Shown: positions 1 through 12,356 of the stretch, one piece after another
How the letters are laid out: each line of letters begins with the position of its first letter
Numbering within the stretch: the stretch's first letter is position 1
Assembly: GCF_964204645.1 (NCBI RefSeq)
Contig: NC_134036.1
Coordinates: 434,001-498,000, forward strand
Length of the DNA stretch: 64,000 bases
Direction of reading: 5' to 3'
Source of the DNA: Tubulanus polymorphus
Lineage: Eukaryota; Animalia; Nemertea
The notes under the pieces: model-generated
Told to the model about the DNA's origin: nothing
Database searches by the model: none
What the model saw: only the letters and a program-made list of their open reading frames with translations
Position numbers and translations under genes: made by a program

Positions 1-354
1 AGCTTATAGAGCACTGAGACTGGAGACTGTCGACACCATTTCTAGAACTGCATGAAGGAACTTGAGTCGACTCAATATCAACTCTGGCCAGTCAGCTTTT
101 CATCTTTTGATCTTAAAATAGGGATTGACCCTGTGATTTATTTGATTGGTAAATTTCGTTTGATTTTTTGATTTGGTGTCCCTTACAAACCCACCACACC
201 TGCCGGGAAAGAAACAGGGGGTTTGATTTTGAAATCGGAAATCGAAGTACAAATATAGTTGTGTGATCGGCGGTCGAGTTCACAGAATTTTTTGTTTAAA
301 TCGAAGTACATAATTTGAAATTTTCGGTTCCGGTTCATTCTAACAATCTTAGCC

Positions 355-1324
355 ACTGGACATAGGGCACAAGCCAACTCAATTAGTTTGTCTCAGTGAC
401 TGGACACAAGGCACAAGCCAGCTCAATTAGTTAGTCTCAGTGGCTGGACACAAGGCACAAGCCAGCTCAATTAGTTTGTCTCAGTGACTGGACACAGGAC
501 ACAAGCCAGCTCAATTAGTTTGTCTCAGTGACTGGACACAAGGCACAAGCCAGCTCAATTAGTTAGTCTCAGTGGCTGGACACAAGGCACAAGCCAGCTC
601 AATTAGTTTGTCTCAGTGACTGGACACAGGACACAAGCCAGCTCAATTAGTTTGTCTCAGTGACTGGAGACAGGGGCACAAGCCACCTCAATGAGTTTGT
701 CTCAGTGACTGGGCACAGGGCACAAGCCACATCAATTAGTTTGTCTCAGTGGCTGGACACAGGTCACAAGCCACCTCAATTAGTTTGTCTCAGTCACTGG
801 ACACAGGGGACAAGCTAGCTCAATTAGTTTGTCTCAGTGGCTGGACACAGGGCACAAGCCAGCTCAATTAGTTTGTCTCAGTGGCTGGACACAAGGCACA
901 AGCCACTTCAATGAGTTTGTCTCAGTGACTGGAGACAGGGGCACAAGCCTCCTCAATTATTTTGTCTCAGTGACTGGACACAGGGCACAAGCCACTTCAA
1001 TTAGTTTGTCTCAGTGACTGGACACAGGTCACAAGCCACCTCAATTAGTTTGTCTCAGTGACTGGACACAGGGGCACAAGCCACCTCAATTACTTTGTCT
1101 CAGTGACTGGGCACAGGGCACAAGCCACCTCAATTAGTTTGTCTCAGTGACTGGACATAAGGCACAAGCCACCTCAATGAGTTTGTCTCAGTGACTGGGC
1201 ACAGGGCACAAGCCACATCAATTAGTTTGTCTCAGTGGCTGGACACAGGTCACAAGCCACCTCAATTAGTTTGTCTCAGTGACTGGGCACAGGGCACAAG
1301 CCAGCTCAATTAGTTTGTCTCAGT
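355..1324. repeat. 41-bp minisatellite array (~23-24 copies), intronic in the KRAB-domain gene
   Basis: Unit ctcaattagtttgtctcagtgactggacacagggcacaagccag/c repeated head to tail; the same family recurs at 47717-48740. Confidence 0.97.
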
Positions 1325-1475
1325 AATCATGGGTTGAGCTTCACTGAAATAAGAACATTAGTCAGAACGACACAAGGACTATAGAGCCTGATGGATGCTT
1401 CAAGAACTGTGTGAACTGCACATCCCCTGCTATAGTGATAAAACATTGATGAGGAATTGTTTGCATTGTCGTTAC

Positions 1476-2120
1476 CTAAACATTTCAGCATTTCATAATT
1501 CCGACGAACGTTTCCCAAATGAAGTCTTTCGTACGCGCCGATTTTCTTCCATTCGGTTTCCGTGAAAAATTCCTCGATCGTCAAATTTTCCACTTCCTCT
1601 AACTTTGCTTTATCGACCCCTGGGAAACCGTCAATCGTCTCTCCCGAACCACTACCGGCGCTACTGATATCGGCGCGCTAAAAAATAATGAGAAAATATA
1701 CTTGTAAAGGGAGAAAAAGATTTACTTCTCACAAACACCAATGTTCCCAGGGTTGCACATATCCTTATGCAAATGTTATTGTTTTATCCAACTGCCTTTC
1801 TTGGGTTTCTTGCCTCGGCCCCCCCAGGGGTTGTTTTGCTCATTTTTTTGGGATGCAATTCTACTCGTTTCTATCATCTATTTTCAGGTTTTTCAATGTT
1901 TACTTTTCTAAGTACACAACGTACATTAATTTGGAAATATCGAGCAGTTCCAAAACGCTCAGAATCCATGAGAAAAGAGACCAATTTTTCTTGAAAACTT
2001 TTTGAGAAGGATCGACTTTTTTACTCCGTTTTTGACCCAATTAATCACAATAAATCACTCTTAATAACAATGAATATGAAACCTGAAACTAAAAATCAAT
2101 CTTACTTCCTCTGTAGACAT
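1476..2120 (-). CDS. 5' end of an ancestral-KRAB-domain gene (PRDM7/PRDM9-like); continues past the left window edge
   Basis: Exon 2106-2120 (AAAATG, MSTEE, then GTAAG) splices to exon 1476-1677 (TTTTTTAG...G|GTAAC), giving MSTEERADISSAGSGSGETIDGFPGVDKAKLEEVENLTIEEFFTETEWKKIGAYERLHLGNVRRNYEMLKCLG. IEEFFTETEWKKIGAYERLHLGNVRRNYEMLKCLG aligns without gaps to the recalled PRDM9 KRAB [35 protein letters not shown] (14/35 identical). No SET or zinc-finger exon lies in the window, so orthology is unproven. Confidence 0.8.
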
Positions 2121-3860
2121 TTTAATCAGACGATTACAAACGATTTCAATTTCAATTCGAGCGTCTGCCAGCGGTTACGCACTCCACAGTAAAGTGTACT
2201 ACTGCGCACGCGCGATGTGTACTATCACCACCACGAATAAACCTATCCTCGCCTGCCGCGGTCTGTGTTACTCGTTGATAGGTTTGCTCCGCACTCCGGG
2301 CTCAGTTTCGACCGGATCAACCTCTCATTTCATAAATCTTCGAACCTAGGCCGATATTCGGGTAGTTTAGAGGATGGCGTCGATGAATTGAAGGTCCAAA
2401 GCAACACCGTGATCCAGTGATTCGTGATCCATTGAAAATTCGGTTGTACCATCGATTGTGCCAGCAGAATAATCAGCCTGTTGGTTGAGGCTGCCGATTT
2501 ACCAGGTTGATGATGATAAAGAGTTCTCGTGCTATCCTTATATCGACTGCGTCGGCTTTCTTTCCGGCTCGCGTAACGGGCATCTTGGTTTCTTGCAAAA
2601 ATTCGGTTCAGATGATTAGATTGAAAATGTTTGCCATATCAAAACAGACATGATTTGAAAAGCAGTGATTGCACTCAAACAATGAGTTTTTCAACACCTC
2701 TACAGCCTCATGTGGATTCAGGCTGCGATTTTGTGCCCGTCACAAGCGTATGGGGCTCTCACCGGTTTGAAATGTTTGATACGACATTTTAAAAACCATG
2801 TCTGCAAATAGCGTTGGGTTTGAAACTATTATGGAATTTCAACTCGCCCTCTAAAGACTGCAGATATCGTGTGCATTTTTTCTAATGAAATATTGAATAG
2901 ACAATAACTATACCGTTTATTTAAAATTCACATTAATTTATTTAACAAATATATCGATTATACATTGAAACGAGATGATAGAATTTAAAGACAGGATAAA
3001 AATGATTGACTCAATAATTTGCGGCATTTTGCTGGAACATAACTTTCCATTCAGAAGTAGGTCCCCAATGAGATATGATTTGATTTTTGCCAATTTAAAC
3101 ATTTACATTTATTAGATTAATCGTCGATTAAATATAGACATATATCGATTACAGTATACGAGAGCGGGGAATATTAATATTTTGAACACAAAATCGACCA
3201 CATTTAGTTGAAAAAACAGTATCGTGTAAAAATATACATTAACAATTAATTTTGACCATTTACACTTTACACAACAATTAACAACATTACGCACAATGTG
3301 TTCACGATCACGTGGGGGAATATTCAAGGTCAGGTACCCGTTAGGTTTAACCGTCGCCATCTTTATTTTCATTTTTTCATCACATTGAAAGTATACATGT
3401 TTACATATACGGATAAATCGTAATCACAATTATAATTAAGATGTAATAATTATATATTTACATAAATCATGTACACATTTTGTTTTTACACAGTTTGTGT
3501 TTTTTCAGTTGAAAATGGCAGTAAAAATAACGATTTATGATAAAATTTAACCAAACATTAAATAATTGTATGCGTTTTGCGTTGCGCAAGCCTAATTTAA
3601 AAAAAAAAAGAATGCCTTGTCCTTAAGGGACCCGCACTGTTTGTTTCATTGTTAAAATTTCTACCCAGTTTTTAGGGTTCAATAAAATGTAAAAATATAA
3701 AACGGGAGATTGTGTGCGTTACTGTGACAACCCGTTACTATGACAACCCATCCCTGAATGTGATAAGACCTGCGCATGTGTGGAGAGGTCTGATGATATG
3801 TTGCCACTGTGAGAAATGGCTGCTTTGTCGCACATATAGGTGTCGCTGTCAGATCTTGTA

Positions 3861-3878
3861 GGCCACTAGATGGCGCTG
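3861..3878 (+). promoter_or_regulatory. CTCF-type binding motif
   Basis: GGCCACTAGATGGCGCTG matches the CTCF core CCASYAGRKGGCRS; it lies 10 nt past the aminopeptidase stop codon. Confidence 0.55.
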
Positions 3879-3887
3879 CTTGTTCAT

Positions 3888-6800
3888 TCATCGTTTATTG
3901 TTTAACTGTAGCCAATCGGAAATAGTTTTGAAGTTATTTTCCATCCATTTAACATTCGATGCCATCAAGGCCAAGGCATTGTTCGCTTCATTGCGGGCTT
4001 TGCCGTCTGGCGGTTGTTTTCGGAATAATTCTTCGACCTGAAATAAAGAATTTATTTCATTGAAAAATTCTAACCTGACTAACGGTTGCTGCTCATCAAA
4101 AGTATACATGAAACACCAATGTAACATTTCTATGTCGATGTATCCAATTTCTGGGTTCAGTTTTTCCAATTGGCTCCACGATGTACTAACCTGATTTTGT
4201 TCATATTTGGTGTTTAATTTTGAGGTACCGTGAGTAACCACGCTCCGCAACACAAAATTATCATTGCGGAATCTACAATTAAAATCATAATCAACAACTT
4301 GAATGAAATAGTAATCTTTTCAAATCTTCGCTCCGAAGATGCTTTGTATTCTTGGAGTGAATTCCAATTGATTCTTTTGATACCTTTCATTTAACTGTTT
4401 CCATTTCGTCAACATAAACATGTAAGCAACATTCTGCCCTAGGGGTGTTGATGACAGGTAACCAAACACCACTCTGATATCCTGTTGTCTTATCTTCTTA
4501 TTATCAAAACACCAATTCGCGTATCTAGACAAATTATCAAAGTTATGACGAATACAAATTTGACAAAATAATGGAATATTTTTGAAGATGCCTTTTACAG
4601 TCCTTGTTCCAAACGAATAGCTGGACTATAGATCTACATCAAGCTTACCTCCACAGTAACCACGGTTCTCTGGTATGCGCCAAAGCCATCATCATCGTTT
4701 CTCTTTCGGACGCTACGTTCGTCGATTGAGACTTATTCCATAGAAAATCCCATTCGTCTGAACTGCCCTGGCTGATACCGGTAGCGTATACTGTCAAAGC
4801 ATAGTCGGGTTCGACTCTGAAATTAAAATCCGACATAAATATCTCAACGACCAGAAGAACATGTTCATCATAGAAATCTGAAATCTGTTCGAAAGGAGCT
4901 ACTTACGGTTTCCCATTTTCCATCCAATCTTTGAAGGCTTTTTGTGCATATTGTACCGCCTCAGGTACTCCCAGACGGCAAGCAGAATCCAATAGAGTTA
5001 TCTTCAAATTTCTACACGAAATTAAAAAAATACTTCGATATAAGTTTCATTAGTCATCACAATGATTTATGAATAAACCTCGCAGAACATAAGAACATGT
5101 TTATGTTACCTTTCAGGGAGGTTCCCCTTAGGACGTCCGGTTCCAACACCCAACCTTCGGAACTGCGGAGCTACCAACCTTCTCATGAATTTCTGAAAAA
5201 AAACATTCATTTATTCATTACTAACAAAACCTCAATCTGAATTATTATTCAAGCATCTATCACCACGGTTCCCTGTACCTTAAATTCGCCATAGATTTCA
5301 CTGCGACAAACCATTCCTTCTATAAACGCTATCGAATTTATAAACGTCTTCCACGGGACGAAATCTTCCTCTTTGTCCAAATATGACGATATGTTCAACG
5401 CGATCTTATAGTCCAATTTACCAGCCCTGGAAAACAATGGTGAAAATAGGCATAGCCGTTTCTGACATTCGGCCCGCAGTTGCTGAAGTTGGTTAAAGAT
5501 AACCAGTGGATGAATACCATAGTAACAATGAACTTTTGATTGTCACTATATCAATTATCCACTGGTTAACTCTAACCAACTTTCCAGCAACTGCAGCCTC
5601 AGCTGGTTTAGAATTGAAGAGTATAATTTTACCTAGCCAGATTGAAGGCATCATTGATGAGACCTGCTCGATTTGCAGATGCAATCACCTAATATGAAAT
5701 ATAGATATTCATTACTTAGCGGATATAAAATGAAACATGTATGTCAGCAGTTTTTAACGCTGAAATTCATACCGTTCTATCACGTTGTAGCTGCTCAATA
5801 AGTTTCTGCCATAGTCCGACATCGTAATTCACTCGGTAGAATCCATTATGATCCCAGTTTCCTACTATCCACGCATTATCAGGCACATAGATTTCACCTA
5901 CAGAAACAAGATACCAGTTCAAGTTTGAATCCAACTCATACGCCAGTCTGGGGCTGCAGTCGCTCAAAGGTTGGTTAAAGATAACCCGTGTATATAGTAA
6001 CTATGAGCTTTTAACTGCCACTATGTCAACCTATCCACTGGTTATACTATGACCAACTTTTCACCAACTGCTGCAGCCTCTGTTGTGTAAAGCTCAGATG
6101 TGTCTTAGGTCAAACCTGAGGTCAAACGTAACCAATGTGTCCTCGGCGTTAGATTGTCTTGTGTTATATATTGAAAAGGAATGAACCATTTGTACCTATG
6201 TAAAAATAATCAATGCATGACTGACAACAACTTTTGGAAAAAGGAAACTATCAGTTGGTTTTATTTGATTGTCTACCAGTCGTTTTGCTTACCCATATGG
6301 ACTGTCAGTTGGATTATAAACCTGGTCAGGGTTCAATAAGAACCTCTCTTGTTCTAGTAGTATTCTGTCATTACCGAGACGTTTAATGGTAATAACCGGG
6401 AATCCCATCTGTCGCGTCCATGTGTCCATGATTTCACCAATATCATATTCCAGATTGGAAACCTATGTAAACAAAGTTGGAAGTGAATGTGACAAACAGG
6501 AAAGATTTTGTCGTCGTTAGTTTAATTAAGAATGTCTCATAAAACGTTGCCTTATTATTTACCTCTTCAAATGCGTGCCAAAGATCTATCATTTCAGCAT
6601 TACGATACATGTATCTATTTACATATTTCTGAAGGCCTCTTTTGAAGTTTTCCCAGCCGAGGAAGCCCCTCAGCATCCTCAAAGTTGCCAGACCCTATAT
6701 CGTTCAAGTATGTAACGGGAGATGTTATGTCTATACTAAAAATTGATAGGTTTATCAAAAAAGTGTTATTGATAGTGGTCACCTTATCGTAGGAGATAGA

Positions 6801-9800
6801 ATCGAAAAACTGCACAATATCATCGGGGTCCTCGATAGGGGCAGAGACCGGATGTGACGTAATCAGCGAGTCTTTCGTCATCACAGCGAATACACTGTCA
6901 ATCAACTGCAGATCGTGCTACAGAAACCAATAGAAACCGTAACAATGATCTTCTTAATGCATGGCATTAGACAAAAGCGGAACATGGATCATTGTCTTAC
7001 CACTTTCCATGACGGGTAGATATAGTCCATAGCGAAATACATTAGTGTACTGGCGAAACCTTCGTTTAACCAAAGGTCCTCCCACCATTTCATCGTAACC
7101 ATGTTCCCGAACCACTATATGAGAAACCAAAATATTGCTGTTTGTTCATTTTTATCTTTTTGTTTCAATTCATAATCAACTTGATTATCTTCCGTTTGTC
7201 TTAAACGTACTTACAGTATGCGCCACCTCGTGGGCAACTACTAAAGTGACGAAGTATTTATTCGACAATGCGGATCGTTCTGGGTCGAATAACAGGGCGG
7301 TCTGGCGGTAGATTATCAAACCCCAATTCTCCATCGCTCCAGCCGCGAAATCCGGAGAGGCGACCTGATCTAACATATAATGCAATCGATAGAACTAATA
7401 ATATATAACAATACTCGTCACGTTTACGACTGTCTGATTGGATATCGTCTAATGATTCAACCTCTCACCTGATTTAGGAACAGTGTCGTTCAATTGGAAA
7501 TAATCCGTAAAAAATTCGTAGCACTTTCTCGAAACGTTCAGAGCGTATCCAGTTTGATTGTAGGCTTCCGGTTGGGCCCAAATACGTATCTGCGAATAAC
7601 GAGACACTATTTTTAAGACCTTCTCTTGAATTCAAGTGCCTAGACCATCGTGTATCAGGTTTCTAACATTACAATGCCTGGGGAACCCCTACAAACTGCT
7701 GTTCTTCTGGCCAGGGACTCGGGGTGTGGCTACTATGAGCTGGTTCAACTATTTTTTTGTTTTTACGGTGGTGACCTTTTCAAACTCATGCATGGTTTGC
7801 CTGGGATACGTAATTTCCTGCTCATGTAACTTACTTTTGGTCCGATTCCACCGGAACCTTCGCGGAAAGTAAAATCCGAAATGACAAATGCAAGTAGATA
7901 TGAAGACATCCTGGGAGTATCGGCAAAATCCGCTTTTATCCAACCATCAGGGAGAGTTGTGTTTCTAATCGAAGGCATATTGGATAATGCCGTGTAACCT
8001 ATCATAGAAAAACAGCATAATCATCAATAATATCATTAGAATAATCATCAGCAGATTTTAGTGTGACTGTGTTAGAGTTTTGTTAGCTAACCCGGTTGGT
8101 GAATCAGTGATATTCCATAAATAGCTTTCATAGCCGGTTCATCGAAACATGGGAATACGCTACGAGCGTCGATGGCCTGCAACTGCGACGCGAGAAGGTA
8201 CCTGAAAAAAATCAGTTGAAAACTAAATTCCAGAATGAGCATTTGTACGGATTATGTGGTCTTTCATTGCTCTCTTGAGTCGTCATGAAAAATTTGTTCA
8301 TGTTGTGTGCTCATTGCTTTTCCGATGTGACAGTCGAATTAGTCTTTCTCGGAAGATCACCACTCCCCTCATTGGCCGAGAAGCCATCACGTCCAGGGTT
8401 GTCTCATCATACAGTCGGTTGTCTGCGTATACGCGCAGTGACAATTAGTCAAATTAATTCTGGTATCATTGTCAGGATTGTGTTGTCCTGAATCAAGGTA
8501 AACGTAACTTTTGTAAAAGGCAGTTTGTCATTCAGAGAGGCAGACAAGGACAGAGAGAAAGGCGGTCCTTGGTGATACGTGAATGTTCGATTTACCAAAC
8601 ACTTGAAACGACTTGTGATAAATAATGATTGATAAAGTAGAAATAGTAAAAGACAAATATCTTTTTGGACAGAGCGGGAGTGGTGCACTGTTGAAAATTT
8701 TGTTTGCTGTTTTGGACAAGAACCCAAGTGACTGCACAATATCCCCGTTCGCCAGTTCGCGCAAATGACTTGAAGACAGTATGAGAAGAGTCTCTGAGAG
8801 AGGCAGTAATTGAGTTTTGTCAATTTGCCGTTTATCAAGGTAATTTGCTGTGTAGAACAGCTCGCTTGTTTCCAGGCGCTGAAGTGCTGCTAATGAGTTT
8901 CGTTGACAACATCTCCCGGCGCCAACAATCGTGAAGGCTTTAGTTTGAAATTCGAACGTAACGACAAAACCAAGTATGCCGCGCACTACCTTATCGAAAC
9001 ATTTAGGGACTGCAATTTTTATTTGCACAAGAAAGTGTCCTACAAATTGAATAATTAATGAAATGATTTGGTTACTTTAGTTGAGAGTATTTACATAAAC
9101 TAGTGACTGTATGGGTTTGAATATAGATTTAATAGGCCTACCTGAAACTTCCATTTACTGGGAACCCGGGCTCTCTCTAAACTCATTAGTGGAAGCCCTT
9201 CAAGTGGTGGTTTAAGAGTATGATGCAAATATTTCATATTCAAATCACTCTCGGCGCATCGAGGCCAAAACATTTTGCTTCCAAAATTAATGATATAAGC
9301 TTACAGATTGAATGAATACTTATGCATTCCAAAAATCTTCAGTTTGAAGATGAACAACATACACAACATTCTTGGCAGGTCCCACTAAAGTGTCGCTTGA
9401 ATTGCTCTATCAAATATTGTTATATCTGTTGCAGTATTCGATGTTTGTCCTGAAAAGTTTAATGACAAATATCTCACACTTTCGTTTCTGTGTCATTTGC
9501 TTGTATTCGATCATAAGTACTGTTACATGCACGGTGTAGTGTGTCGGCAATGTGACAGTTTGACGGAGCACTACCTTTACTCCCACCTTCAAAGCATTTC
9601 AACTCAAATGGCATGATTTTTTTTTCAAAGTGACTTAGCTTCCGTTGTATCTTGGAGTACACCATTTGTTAATGCCGATGCGATCTGTTTTTCTGTGCAT
9701 GGACCCATCATGTTGCAAAAGAGGTAGGCCCAAAGGCACCTCATTTGCAACATGACCACAACAATCCTGGACAACAACTGAATATCCGATATCATTTCAG

Positions 9801-12356
9801 TTCTGTTGTAATTAGAAGGATTTGCAACGTTCAAGCTAAATCACACAATATATTGCCGAAATTCCTTGAATATGAACATTGTTGCCATGTCTGTCTAAAC
9901 ACTACCCTGATTTTGTTGTTTTGGCCCCAAAAGAAAAATATAAACTCCATTTCGTAGGCATGGTTACAATGTTCAAATTCAAGAAATTAAAATGGATCCT
10001 TTCCTAGTCTCTGATTCTACTTAATTGAAGGAGACTCTTTGTAAATCCTTCTAAGTGCAGAACTGGTATAATATTCAGCTATTTTCCGCGATTTTTGGCA
10101 TTCTGTTAAGAACTAAAATGAAACCCAAAAAGTAAGCAAAATAGAATAAAACAAGTCTCGTCCATTTGTAAGGGGCTATAGCTTCAACCGAATGAACTCT
10201 AAGACTCCGTTTCAACGTGGTTTGATTTTGCTACCTTTTCGCTGATAGCGTACTGAGCAATACAGACATTTCCCATACTTCAACCACGCGTAACCCGATA
10301 CTCAGAATAATAGCGTCAAGTGATGCGAGTTACACATCCGGCGTTGACTGAAGTGCCACGGTGATGATTCACAACTACCTCAATATTCTCTACTCATTCC
10401 CCGAGTTTGGCAGAAACTGGGGCGAATGGAACTTGTTCCGCTTGATGAGCACGTAATACAAAACAATATCGACATTGACGAGGATGGGATATAGAATTAA
10501 CAAAGTTAATGTTTTGCCCAGCGAAGAGAACGTGAACTGGCCCCTGGGATGCGAGTGCTCGTAACGGTTGGTTCCGGTAGCGCGCGTAGTGTAATTGAAT
10601 AAACTCTCCGTAGATTCTGCGCACGGGGTAATGATACATTTGTGATAGGCGGTCGACTTTCTATTGATCTTTAAATTACATTTCAAAATTCAAACATATC
10701 AATAACATCCCAGAATTATTAGGTTATCTCTGATCAATGGAAACCGTATCCCTGTATCTGGTATCAGCATTCTAACATAGAGGATCACCTGTACACTGTT
10801 GAATCTGTGGAATTCTGCCCCGAAGATTCTTTGGACAAGTTATGGCTGTGGATCATTGACTTAGGAGAGGTTTTCCCATGTACTGTCTTATATTGTCCAT
10901 CATTGACATTATCTCTTATTTCTTTACTTTCACTTCGTTTTGAAGCGTCCTTCCCAAAAGACAGTGGCAGTGACTTATCTGCCGGTCGTCCAAATACCAG
11001 TTCACAATAAAGGGCAGGACGCATGCATATAATGACACTTATGACATTGTTTCGCGGCTGTTGTCGGCATATTGAACCAGTTTTATATAATGTCTTTATT
11101 GAAAATTGAAAGGTCGTTAATCAAGAATAGATATTGATTGTGTAATTCAACCAATAGCGCTTCTAGAAAAGAAATTCTGATACTCTTCCAACGAAAAGGC
11201 ATCCTTCATGGTAAACTCAGAAAATTCTGGCTAGTACAATGGTACTTGAGGTACTTAGGTACTTAGGTACTTAGGTACAGGTCCGTAGCAGGCCATCTTT
11301 TATTTTAAGGTACCCACGCAAATGTTAGGTTCTGGGAATACTCGTACAGAATGCAAACAGAAGCAATTTCCAAATTTTCTAGAAACATTTGAGGTGAAAA
11401 TTTTGCTTCTTTTTCCTACAATTTTGCCTCAAATCAACTAAGTTTGGAAGCAAATTCTGAACGAAAAACAAACGAAAAAGTTTTACCAATTCTAGTGAAT
11501 CTTCTGAAATCGATGCACAAATTTTCCTAAGACTGGCATAAGAGGAGGAGGTGGCGGTTGGCTTCGTTCTAACCCAACCGAATCCCCCTTACTACGGGCA
11601 ACAATTCCGTCCACAGCGACTTGGACTCACTACACCTTACCTTTTCTGTCCAGTTTTTGTCCGATATGAACTCCTGTAGATCCCCTTTAGATCATCGGTC
11701 ACATTACCGGTAAAGTCGTTCAAAACAATTTCATATTGTTTTCCCTTTTCTAACGCGTCGCGCATACGTATCACGTAGAACTGACGCAGTTTCACCTCGA
11801 GTTGTTCAACGATCGGTAACTGGCGACTGTACCCGACACCGAGGGACTTCACGAACACGCGCGCTGGGTCTATCTTTAATTTCGTCACGTGTACTATAAC
11901 ATATTCCGTATCGGACATACATTCAACCCGTATTGCGACCTTTCCACGAAATTTAAAAGTCGTCAAATCCACTCGTAATTCGATTCTATAGTGGGACGGT
12001 ATGATATTGCCAGGTAAACGAATATTAGCCCAGGGTAGGCTGGGATCTATGGTCGGCTTGACCGGCGCGTATATCGTGATTCTATTTGCCGCGGCCGAAT
12101 CGTCTTTCGTTCCTGAAGGCGGACAGTTATTACGCCCGCCTAGAATACCACCTAATATAATTACAATAAGCACTAAAACGCATATTGTCAATGCAGTGAG
12201 TATAGTTTTCGTACGGGAGAAGTAACAGTAACCGGCGTGTCGCGGGTATCGCGACGTGTTATTATTTCCTATTATTCTCACGTCCCCGTCGATGGATTTG
12301 TGATCGGCGTTGATCGGACATTTCTCGGCCATATTAGAATCGCCCATCTTTTCCAT
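3888..12356 (-). CDS. Membrane-anchored M1 family zinc aminopeptidase (aminopeptidase N-like), 19 coding exons, 984 aa
   Basis: Exons (all GT-AG, phases consistent, total 2955 nt): 11641-12356, 8092-8201, 7835-7998, 7469-7589, 7215-7369, 7001-7114, 6783-6917, 6563-6694, 6293-6462, 6116-6195, 5773-5897, 5633-5688, 5279-5426, 5110-5192, 4907-5011, 4649-4816, 4384-4524, 4191-4272, 3888-4037. Motifs: N-terminal TM anchor ([23 protein letters not shown]), [36 protein letters not shown]-x18-E (WLNEGFA), [23 protein letters not shown]. An acceptor at ~12385 implies an upstream 5'UTR exon. Confidence 0.96.
5471..5598. mobile_element. Palindromic MITE, intronic copy 1
   Basis: Inverted arms gcagttgctg...ttggttaaagataaccagtggat / atccactggttaactctaaccaac...cagcaactgc; sister copy at 5951-6078. 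Confidence 0.75.
5951..6078. mobile_element. Palindromic MITE, intronic copy 2
   Basis: Same family as 5471-5598 (ggctgcag...ggttggttaaagataacc...atccactggtta...ctgcagcc). Confidence 0.72.
8250..11030 (-). pseudogene. Possible decayed nested gene of unknown family in aminopeptidase intron 1
   Basis: Several protein-like minus-strand frames (8528-9028, 9474-9665, 10390-10686, 10785-11024) broken by stops and frameshifts; exon-like ends TACAG|GTGAT (~10788) and TTTCAG|GTAGG (~9141), and an acceptor TTTGTAG (~9040). No family recognised. Confidence 0.3.

Noticed and set aside
183-377. ORF as the next exon of the KRAB gene
   Set aside because: It begins inside the minisatellite and shows no PRDM9-like continuation (no PxFM motif); the next exon is probably outside the window.
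355-1324. CRISPR-like reading of this and the other regular arrays (47717, 59401, 62157)
   Set aside because: Units are contiguous with no unique spacers, there are no cas genes, and the context is a spliced animal genome.
2473-2583. Minus-strand MPVTRAGKKA... mini-ORF resembling the start of a retroelement ORF1/Gag
   Set aside because: Only 36 codons, with no further recognisable domain or element boundary.
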